From NCBI GenBank assembly GCA_964611385.1, contig CAZSXS010000004.1, forward strand, positions 1,782 through 65,781: 64,000 nucleotides of DNA, in the 5' to 3' direction. Each line of letters starts with the position of its first letter. Position 1 is the first letter of the stretch. This document shows, in pieces, positions 1 to 7,202 of this stretch. The position numbers were made by a program, and so were the translations under genes. Below the pieces are notes generated by a model, which saw only the letters and a list, made by a program, of their open reading frames with translations, was not told the origin of the DNA and made no database searches. Source of the DNA: an uncultured Defluviitaleaceae bacterium. GTDB lineage: Bacteria; Bacillota; Clostridia; Lachnospirales; CAYPQA01.

Positions 1-2605
1 TTCCCCGCACACTTTGATCGGCATAAGACAGCTCAATCACACACTGGCTTTCATTCTCAAGGGTAAGCACCACACTAACGACACCTCTGTCAAGGAAAAA
101 TTCATAAATATCCTTCTTAGCAGGATCGGAATTTCCTGAAAGACCGGTGATTTGTGCCTCTTTAATTTCGAGCAAGGCACCAAGCTCTTCGGCGTAGACC
201 GATTTTGCTTTTTCAATCCAGAAGTCGCTATTGTTTGCAATAGCTTCTTGATCCAATTCTGTGCTTGGGTTTTCTGCGCTTGATTTTTCTGCACTTGGTT
301 TTCTGTTCGGATTTTGGAAGTTGGCACTTATGTTCTCTACTTCGCCGCTTTCTGCATTGAGTTGAACAAAGTAACTCCAGAAAGCCTCCCCCTTTGCAAG
401 AAGCGTCCGTACTTTCAAGGGTGAAAAAGACACGTACCACTGACGCTCATTCGTACCCTTAAGGGCGCTGAAATTTGCACTGATCTCCAAGGGAGTAAAA
501 TCCACCTGAAACAGCTTTTCGATTCCCTCTTTTGCTTTGGAGATCGCCTCTACTTCCGTTAGATCATCGGCATCGGCTTTTAGTAAAATTCCCTCTCGTT
601 CAATCCTCACTTGCACAGCATAATTGATTCTGGCTCCGTGGTCAATGAATTGAAGCAATTCCTCGTCTGTCAATTCCCTAGAAGGATAGTAAATGGTATC
701 CTGATCCAAATCATAGTAAACTTCAGATTCGCCGGCCTTAAGAGGCAGAGGACTTTGGGGTCTGAGGCCGTCATATTTATAGGAGTCACTTAAGATCATC
801 GAACGAGAGACTTCATCCTTTGTCATCTCTCGGTTGCTGAGAGAGGCATGGTTTTGAGAATTTTTATCCAAGGCCTCGTTATAAAGCTGTATATCTTTTT
901 CTGTTACAACCTGAGCCAGGTATTCAGCCAACGACAGGGGTTTCGATTCACTTTCTAACACGGGAGTCTCATCTGAAGATGCTATTAATTTTGGTTCAGA
1001 GCCTTGTTTTTTCATTTCCAGAATACTCCACAGAAAGGTGCCCATATTGTCATTCGCCCTCAATTCCACCAGCCAGATGGTGTCATCTAAAAAGTAGAGC
1101 TCATAACCAATACCCTTCCCATTTTCTTTTGCTCCTAAGAGTTCATAGCGTTTGATTTGGGTAAATCCAGATAAATCAAGGCTGTGGCTAGGCAAAATCG
1201 AAAGGGTATTAAACAAAGCTTGGTCAAATTCCTTCTCAGTATACGTAATAGGCATACTCTTCTCCTGAAATTCGTTTTCTATCAGCAGACTTTCCGGCGT
1301 AAAGCTATACTTTTCTTCATAGTCATCAGTGTAAAAAGCGGAGCTTAGAGGATTGGTATAGACCCAGTGTACAAAGGTATACGTACCATAAATAGCTTCT
1401 ACTTCATTTTTTGCTTCATTTGTAGCTTCGATTTTAACTTCACTTTCGGTTTCACTTTCACTTTTGCTTTCGCTTACGATTAGGAGCTTGCTCTCAGTTG
1501 CTGTTTTTTCGCCTGTCTGGCTGGCTTGGGTAGTCAGAAACAAGAGGCCCATACAGGACATAAGAACGATACTGACCACAGCGATTGAAAAGCGGCGTTT
1601 TTGAAATAACTTTCCCAATTGAATCATTTGAATTCTCCTCTCAATATTTACTTTGTTATCAAGCATACACAGCATTCTCGGCACTAGGGTAACGCCGCTG
1701 TATTTGGCAAGCACAGCCACCAGCGACAGGCTGTATTCTCTTTGGTGCTCATTTCCGATTCGGCTTAGAACATACGCATCGTTGGCAAGCTCCATGTCCT
1801 GCCGAACATACTTAAATAGAACCCACAGCAGCGGATTAAACCAATAGACAGCCTGGAAAACAATCAGCAGAAAGTTAATGAGTAAGTCTCGGCGCTTTAA
1901 ATGGGCAAGCTCATGCAGCAGAACATGAGAAAGATTTTGATCGTCCAGACTTTCGGCGTAGGAGGGCAAGAGTATCCTTGGTCGGAAAATCCCCATCAGA
2001 GCAGGAGTTTGTATGTAGGTCTGTAGTATGATTTCAATCGGCTGATGCAGGTTGAGCCTAGACTTGCATTGTTCAAGCAAGGCCATATAACGACCAGTAT
2101 TAATCCATAATTGATTGCGCTTGACTTTGTAACGAAGTCTCATCGCCATAACGAACAGAAACGTAGCGATGGCGATAAAGCCAAACAGCCATACGGATGG
2201 GATCACAAGATCAAAGAGCTGTGATTTCAGTTGCAAGTCTTTCATTTCAACTTGAAGCGTGTTGAGACTTTCGGGCGAATCCGGCAAGTGGCTTGGCAAG
2301 GACTCTGTAGATTGGTACGCCATAATCCGCTGACTTAAGGCTAGCTCCTCCTCGCGAAAGGAAATCTCCTTCACTTGTGAGAATTGAAATAACAAGGGGA
2401 TCTTGCTTTGTAGCCTAAAGGGTAGGGCCAAGGCAAAAAAAGCTAAGAACCACATCGTATATTTCCAAAAAGGTGAAATATGAACATCAGCAAAGCGTCG
2501 GATTAGCAGAATCACCACAGCAATGCAAAGTCCGGTTAAGGACATGTACAAGAGATTGTAAAAAATGGGAGCAATATAAGTTGCTATCCACACATCAAAG
2601 GCCAT
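1..2605 (-). CDS. BlaR1/MecR1-type M56 metallopeptidase signal transducer with long non-PBP C-terminal domain (3' end off window, at least 868 aa)
   Basis: Absent from the ORF track because the frame is open at the left edge. My translation from ATG 2605 (RBS AAGGAGGAG at 2612-2620) gives MAFDVWIATYIAPIF..., several TM stretches, the zinc motif HELAHLKRRD, and a further TM (FSIAVVSIVLMSCMGLLFL near nt 1590). The frame then stays open to nt 1 (...ELSYADQSVRG). ATG 1627 is in the same frame as 2605 (978 nt apart), and I saw no stop between them. Confidence 0.8.
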   Translation of the reverse strand, partial: MAFDVWIATYIAPIFYNLLYMSLTGLCIAVVILLIRRFADVHISPFWKYTMWFLAFFALALPFRLQSKIPLLFQFSQVKEISFREEELALSQRIMAYQSTESLPSHLPDSPESLNTLQVEMKDLQLKSQLFDLVIPSVWLFGFIAIATFLFVMAMRLRYKVKRNQLWINTGRYMALLEQCKSRLNLHQPIEIILQTYIQTPALMGIFRPRILLPSYAESLDDQNLSHVLLHELAHLKRRDLLINFLLIVFQAVYWFNPLLWVLFKYVRQDMELANDAYVLSRIGNEHQREYSLSLVAVLAKYSGVTLVPRMLCMLDNKVNIERRIQMIQLGKLFQKRRFSIAVVSIVLMSCMGLLFLTTQASQTGEKTATESKLLIVSESKSESETESEVKIEATNEAKNEVEAIYGTYTFVHWVYTNPLSSAFYTDDYEEKYSFTPESLLIENEFQEKSMPITYTEKEFDQALFNTLSILPSHSLDLSGFTQIKRYELLGAKENGKGIGYELYFLDDTIWLVELRANDNMGTFLWSILEMKKQGSEPKLIASSDETPVLESESKPLSLAEYLAQVVTEKDIQLYNEALDKNSQNHASLSNREMTKDEVSRSMILSDSYKYDGLRPQSPLPLKAGESEVYYDLDQDTIYYPSRELTDEELLQFIDHGARINYAVQVRIEREGILLKADADDLTEVEAISKAKEGIEKLFQVDFTPLEISANFSALKGTNERQWYVSFSPLKVRTLLAKGEAFWSYFVQLNAESGEVENISANFQNPNRKPSAEKSSAENPSTELDQEAIANNSDFWIEKAKSVYAEELGALLEIKEAQITGLSGNSDPAKKDIYEFFLDRGVVSVVLTLENESQCVIELSYADQSVRG

Positions 2606-2608
2606 CTT

Positions 2609-2992
2609 TTACTCCTCCTTAATCTGATCCAAAAGCTTTTCGATCTCTGCCTTGCTTATTTTTTCCTCACGCACAAAGTTTAACAGCATATTAAAGGTCG
2701 AGCCGTCAAACACGCGATTCAAAAGATTTTTGCGCGTGTGGGCGATATACTCGTCCCTAGACACAAGGGCTGAGTATAAAAAATTCCGTGCTTTGAGTTC
2801 CTCTGCCTTGACCGCTCCTTTTTGAACCAGCCTTAACAGTTCTGTTTTGAAAGTGCTTTTGTTTTTCATCACTGCACCCTCCAGATTGTTATAGATTTCC
2901 GGTGAGGTCGTAGGGCCTTTTTCCCATAAAACCTTCATAATGGGCAGCTCCCCGTCTGTGATTGATACTTGCTTAGCGTTGGTTTTTGCCAT
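2609..2992 (-). CDS. BlaI/MecI/CopY-family winged-helix transcriptional repressor
   Basis: 127 aa. The N-terminal segment ELPIMKVLWEKGPTTSPEIYNNL and the overall size are typical of the penicillinase-repressor family. The stop lies 4 nt upstream of the M56 gene start. Confidence 0.85.
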   Translation of the reverse strand: MAKTNAKQVSITDGELPIMKVLWEKGPTTSPEIYNNLEGAVMKNKSTFKTELLRLVQKGAVKAEELKARNFLYSALVSRDEYIAHTRKNLLNRVFDGSTFNMLLNFVREEKISKAEIEKLLDQIKEE

Positions 2993-3015
2993 ATAGGACT
3001 CCTTTCGTTATTGGT

Positions 3016-3052
3016 TTACACGTGTAATCTCAAATGGAGTTTACAACAGTAA
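3016..3052. promoter_or_regulatory. Two tandem BlaI/CopY-type operator dyads (TACAnnTGTA type)
   Basis: TTACACGTGTAA (3016-3027) is a perfect palindrome containing TACAcgTGTA. TTACAACAGTAA (3041-3052) is an imperfect copy. Each lies in a 23-nt direct repeat GTTTACAnnnGTAATCTCAA. Confidence 0.55.
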
Positions 3053-3066
3053 TCTCAAGTTGTCAA
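3038..3066 (-). promoter_or_regulatory. Sigma-A-type promoter for the blaI-blaR1-like operon
   Basis: On the minus strand I read TTGACA (3066-3061), a 17-nt spacer, then TAAACT (3043-3038). Operator 2 overlaps the spacer and -10. Operator 1 lies in the early transcribed region. Confidence 0.45.
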
Positions 3067-3219
3067 TACCTAAATGCGTCTTTGGCAATGAAAGTATTTC
3101 AGAAATTGATTGTAACCATCTTATAATTATGTTATAAACTTTGAGTCCTTCAAAAAAGTTGAGAGAAGCAAGGCATTCATCACTATGTTTTTGACACTAT
3201 AAAAGAAAGTAGGGATACT

Positions 3220-5457
3220 ATGGCGTATGAGTATATTGAACTCATCGGCGCACGAGAAAATAATTTAAAGAATGTGAATCTAAGGATTCCAAAGAAGAAG
3301 ATAACCATTTTTACCGGCGTGTCCGGTTCTGGGAAATCCTCCATTGTCTTTGATACAATCGCCCAGGAGGCGGGGCGACAGGTAAACGAAATTTATAGTA
3401 AGTTTGTTCAGGGCTTTATGCCAAAATATGGTCATCCCGATGTCGATTCCATTGAAAATCTGTCCTTGGCCATTATTGTTGACCAAAAACGAATCGGCGG
3501 AAACTCCCGTTCCACCTTGGGTACCATTACGGATATTAATCCCTTGATACGGCTTCTGTTTTCCAAAATCGGACAGCCGCATGTTGGCCCCTCTCACCAT
3601 TTTTCCTTTAATGACCCGAACGGTATGTGCAAAACCTGTGAAGGCATAGGTCGTATCGTTACCTTGAACCTTGAAAAGGCGCTGGATGTTGAAAAGTCCT
3701 TAAACGAAGGTGCGATTTTGCTGCCGGGCTTTGGCGTTGGTACTTGGCAGTGGAAAGTCTACGCAGGGACAGGCTTTTTTGATTGCGATAAAAAAATTAA
3801 AGATTATACCAAAGAGGAATACGATAAGCTCGTCTATTGTAAGGCCGAAAAAATAAAGTCCAGCATCGTGGAAGGGATGAATTCCACTTATGAAGGACTT
3901 TTGGAACGCTTTATACGGCAAAACGTCAAAACCGAAGGGGAAAAATCAGAAGCCAGTAAAAAGAAAATAGCCCCTTTTGTGACAGAGGCTGTGTGTAGAG
4001 ATTGTTCAGGTAAACGCTACAATGAGCTTGTTTTGTCCTCGAAGATCAAAGATTTTTCCATTGCAGACTTGACGGCACTACAAGTGGATCTGCTGCTAGA
4101 GTTCATTGAAAAGATTGATCAAGCAAATGTGAAACCCATCGTGGACAATCTGGCGGGTCGTCTACGAGACTTGATACACATTGGACTTGACTATGTAAGC
4201 CTGGACAGAGAGACTTCTACGCTTTCCGGCGGAGAATCTCAGCGGGTTAAAATGGTAAAGCACTTAACCAGCAGCTTGACTGATGTGATTTATATTTTTG
4301 ATGAGCCAAGCATAGGCTTGCACCCAAGAGACGTGCACAGACTGAATGATTTGTTGGTAAAGCTCAGAGATAAGGGGAACACCGTGATCGTTGTGGAACA
4401 CGACCCGGATGTGATCAAAATTGCGGATCATATTGTTGACCTTGGCCCACAGGCGGGTAAACATGGGGGCAAAATTACGTTTGAAGGTTCCTATGCCGAC
4501 CTTTTGAAGACGGACACGCTCACCGGAACCCACTTGGGCAGAAATCTGCCGATCAAGAGCAATCCAAGAAAAGGCACTAATTTTTATGAGACAAAGAAGT
4601 CCAGTCTGCACAATCTGAAGAACGTAAGCCTTCGAATTCCTAAAGGCGTGTTTACGGTTGTCACTGGTGTTGCCGGTTCTGGGAAAAGCACCTTGGTGAA
4701 CGGGGTTTTTGCGAAGGAATTTAAGGACGCAATCATCATTGACCAATCTGCGGTTGCAGCAAATCTGCGCTCGAATCCGGCCACCTTTACTGGGATTATG
4801 GATGAGATCAGAAACCTTTTTGCCACAGAAAACAAGGTCAGTGCTGGTTTATTCAGCTACAATTCAGAGGGGGCCTGCACCAGCTGCAAAGGGCGGGGTG
4901 TCATTGAAACAGATCTTTCCTTTATGGATTCGGTGGAAACCGTTTGTGAAGATTGCGGCGGGAAGCGCTACAAAGAAGAGGTATTAGCCTATCAATACAG
5001 TGGGAAGACCATTGTAGACGTACTGGACATGACCATTGCGGAAGCGGTTGAATTTTTTAAGCAAAAGGAGATTCTAAGCAAGCTCAAGCACATTATGGAG
5101 GTAGGTTTACAATACATGACCTTGGGACAACCTCTCGACACGCTTTCCGGCGGCGAATGTCAGCGGCTCAAGCTTGCCAAAGAGCTAAACAAGAAGGGAA
5201 ACATATACATCATGGACGAGCCGACCACGGGTTTACACATGTCAAACATCACAAGCATTCTGGAGATCATCAACAAGCTCGTAGACAAGGGTAACACGGT
5301 AATCGTTATTGAGCACAATCTAGACGTGATCCGCAATGCAGACTGGGTTATAGACATTGGAGTGGACGGCGGCAGCCGAGGCGGGCAAATTCTTTTTGAA
5401 GGGGCAGCAGCAGATTTGAAAAGCTGCAAGGCTTCTATAACTGCTAGGTATATATAA
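3220..5457 (+). CDS. UvrA-like ABC ATPase paralogue lacking the UvrB-binding domain (745 aa)
   Basis: There are two ABC modules: GVSGSGKSS / LSGGESQRVKM / IYIFDEPSIGLH and GVAGSGKST / LSGGECQRLKL / IYIMDEPTTGLH. Zinc modules are CKTCEGIG, CRDCSGKR, CTSCKGRG and CEDCGGKR. The sequence runs from LIRLLFSKIGQPHVG straight into FSFNDPNGMC, so the ~140-aa UvrB-binding insertion of canonical ~940-aa UvrA is missing. Confidence 0.85.
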   Translation: MAYEYIELIGARENNLKNVNLRIPKKKITIFTGVSGSGKSSIVFDTIAQEAGRQVNEIYSKFVQGFMPKYGHPDVDSIENLSLAIIVDQKRIGGNSRSTLGTITDINPLIRLLFSKIGQPHVGPSHHFSFNDPNGMCKTCEGIGRIVTLNLEKALDVEKSLNEGAILLPGFGVGTWQWKVYAGTGFFDCDKKIKDYTKEEYDKLVYCKAEKIKSSIVEGMNSTYEGLLERFIRQNVKTEGEKSEASKKKIAPFVTEAVCRDCSGKRYNELVLSSKIKDFSIADLTALQVDLLLEFIEKIDQANVKPIVDNLAGRLRDLIHIGLDYVSLDRETSTLSGGESQRVKMVKHLTSSLTDVIYIFDEPSIGLHPRDVHRLNDLLVKLRDKGNTVIVVEHDPDVIKIADHIVDLGPQAGKHGGKITFEGSYADLLKTDTLTGTHLGRNLPIKSNPRKGTNFYETKKSSLHNLKNVSLRIPKGVFTVVTGVAGSGKSTLVNGVFAKEFKDAIIIDQSAVAANLRSNPATFTGIMDEIRNLFATENKVSAGLFSYNSEGACTSCKGRGVIETDLSFMDSVETVCEDCGGKRYKEEVLAYQYSGKTIVDVLDMTIAEAVEFFKQKEILSKLKHIMEVGLQYMTLGQPLDTLSGGECQRLKLAKELNKKGNIYIMDEPTTGLHMSNITSILEIINKLVDKGNTVIVIEHNLDVIRNADWVIDIGVDGGSRGGQILFEGAAADLKSCKASITARYI

Positions 5458-5558
5458 AACCGTGGGGGAGAGAAGGGAAAAACTTTTTCAAACGGCGAAA
5501 AAGTTTTTCCCTTCCCTCCCCCACACCCCCTTCCATCCCTTTTCAAAAAGCCGGACAT
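5456..5558 (+). repeat. Intergenic repeat family A, copy A1 (25-bp-stem hairpin element)
   Basis: The element reads AAAACCGTGGGGG, then a hairpin (arms 5464-5488 and 5498-5522, one mismatch, loop CAAACGGCG), then ...TTTTCAAAAAGCCGGACAT. It starts inside the uvrA-like stop codon. Near-identical copies are at 28618 and 34775. Confidence 0.85.
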
Positions 5559-5575
5559 GGGAGATATCAAACTTC

Positions 5576-5718
5576 TGTAGGCGGTGTCAACGGGTTAAGA
5601 ATTTTAGCCTCAAATGTCTTAATGCTTCTAGGCTACTAAGGGCGGTGTCCCTTCTGTGGCTTGGGCGTGGATAACCCTGTTACTTGGCACGTGCTATAAA
5701 TGCCCGTTTGTAGTATAG
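5576..5718 (+). repeat. Intergenic repeat family B, copy B1 (degenerate left half, conserved right half)
   Basis: The right part GGGCGGTGTCCCTTCTGTGGCTTGGGCGTGGATAACCC...AATGCCCGTTTGTAGTATAG matches 22960-23043. It ends 2 nt from the stop codon of the convergent GTPase gene. Confidence 0.7.
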
Positions 5719-5720
5719 AT

Positions 5721-6899
5721 TTACATCCGATATGTTGGCTTTGGCTCCTTTGGTGAAAAGGCTTCTGTACTTAAAGCGGACAAGGTCAAGCCATAGGATT
5801 CGGCCACAGCTTTCAGGGTATTTTCTGTAATTTCGGCAAGTCGCTGGGGATTGCTGACGGCTCGGATATTTATAATTAAAGAGGAGTCTTTCCGTAAGGG
5901 AAGGCTCATTTTTTTTGAAGAGTCCAGGGAAAAGCCGTCTTGAAGGCTCACGCAGCTTAGCTTACAAAATTCATGCTCACTGGACAAATAAAGTTTCATA
6001 TGAGCCAAGTCGGGCGAATCTTGCATTTGATCTCTTAGGGCTTCGGCCAAAGCCAGAAGGAATTGGTTGCCGTCTATGTCTTGATTTTCCGCTTCGGTCT
6101 GCAAGGGTCCGGACGATAAGGCTCCGGTTTGCAAGGTAGCCGACGTATTTAACCAGCCCAAGTCGGCTTCTGCTTTGGCATAGCGTTGGTAATCAATGTC
6201 GAGGGACTGGCCTGGGTCTTTCGGGTCTAAGTCCATGAGCCTTCCGAGCCAGGGCGTTAGGCTACTGGGTTCCCTTGCGCTGACAGCAAGGATTTCTTTG
6301 CCGGGGTAGCTGGTTTCCAGGAAGGACAGCATTTGTTTCTTTTCGGCTTCCGTCAGGGTATCGATTTTATTCAGAACAAGGATGTCGGCTTCTTCAATTT
6401 GCTTGCTAAACAGATAATTGATCTCGTTGAGCACCCCGGCATCTTTTCCGTCTGCACTTGCCAGGCGCTTTTTCTCACGGATGAGTCTGGAAAGCCGCTT
6501 TGGATCAAGCACGACGGACAGGGGCAGCAGTTTGAAATGAAGTCTTTTGTGGACGGAGCTGTGGAGCGGTTTGATAATGGCAGCCACCAAGTCTGTACAA
6601 CTGCCCACCGGTTCCGCAAGGATGAGATCTGGGGCGTTTTCGGACATGGTTTGCAGCTTCCGCGTAAACTCGTCAAAGTTACAGCAGAAGCAGCCCCCTG
6701 TTACTTCAAGGACATCCAACCCCATGCTCTTTAAAAAAGCGGTATCCACCAGCTGACTGCCCTGATCGTTAGTGACTACGCCTACCTTTTTGCCTGCCTG
6801 TAGCAGAAGCTTGGCCATTTGGGCAATGGAGCTTGTCTTTCCGGCGCCCAAAAAGCCTCCCACTACCACCAGTTTTGTATGGATCTTTGCTTCATTCAT
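5721..6899 (-). CDS. G3E-family P-loop GTPase, COG0523/CobW-like putative metallochaperone
   Basis: Motifs seen: Walker A GGFLGAGKTS, metal-binding-type motif GGCFCC, Walker B-like ILAEPVGS, and NKID. The start ATG overlaps the upstream gene's stop (ATGAATGA). Confidence 0.8.
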   Translation of the reverse strand: MNEAKIHTKLVVVGGFLGAGKTSSIAQMAKLLLQAGKKVGVVTNDQGSQLVDTAFLKSMGLDVLEVTGGCFCCNFDEFTRKLQTMSENAPDLILAEPVGSCTDLVAAIIKPLHSSVHKRLHFKLLPLSVVLDPKRLSRLIREKKRLASADGKDAGVLNEINYLFSKQIEEADILVLNKIDTLTEAEKKQMLSFLETSYPGKEILAVSAREPSSLTPWLGRLMDLDPKDPGQSLDIDYQRYAKAEADLGWLNTSATLQTGALSSGPLQTEAENQDIDGNQFLLALAEALRDQMQDSPDLAHMKLYLSSEHEFCKLSCVSLQDGFSLDSSKKMSLPLRKDSSLIINIRAVSNPQRLAEITENTLKAVAESYGLTLSALSTEAFSPKEPKPTYRM

Positions 6900-7197
6900 C
6901 TTCCATCAGCTCCAATATTTGATTGATTTGTTTGGGTGTTATGATGGTTCCAGCGGATATTTGTTCGTCATTAATTAAAACGGCCGGGAGCTTTTCAACC
7001 TCCAGGCCGGATATTTTTTCGAAATCAAGACAAAGAGCCTGGCTCAGTGTCTTGATTTCGATCAGTTCCCAGGAAAAGTCCTTTCTTGTTTCCGAAAGCT
7101 TATCGAGGGTTTCTATGTTTAAGGAATTAATGATGACACAAGCCGTGCAAGGCGCGCTTTGAACGATCAGTTTTGCATGAAATCTTGTGCTTTGCAT
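6892..7197 (-). CDS. Small thioredoxin-fold protein (Thioredoxin_3 / redox-active-disulfide-protein-2-like), CxxC = CTAC
   Basis: 101 aa. APCTAC sits near the N-terminus, and the C-terminal LPAVLINDEQISAGTIITPKQINQIL resembles the tPalvidGe..v.G..Ps pattern of small Trx-like proteins. It is paralogous by eye to the C-terminal domain of the upstream gene. Confidence 0.55.
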   Translation of the reverse strand: MQSTRFHAKLIVQSAPCTACVIINSLNIETLDKLSETRKDFSWELIEIKTLSQALCLDFEKISGLEVEKLPAVLINDEQISAGTIITPKQINQILELMEDE

Positions 7198-7202
7198 TTT
7201 AC

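Noticed and set aside
3220-5457. Calling this gene the housekeeping nucleotide-excision-repair uvrA.
   Set aside because: At 745 aa it lacks the UvrB-binding insertion, and no uvrB or uvrC is adjacent. It is better treated as a UvrA paralogue.
5462-5674. Small ORFs MGERREKLF..., MGGRRRKLFSPFEK... (28497-28688, -) and MGGRRRKLFSNGEK... (34781-34981, +) that look like a conserved peptide family.
   Set aside because: They are read across the palindromic hairpin of repeat family A. The same peptide appears on either strand purely because of the inverted repeat. They have no RBS and variable ends.
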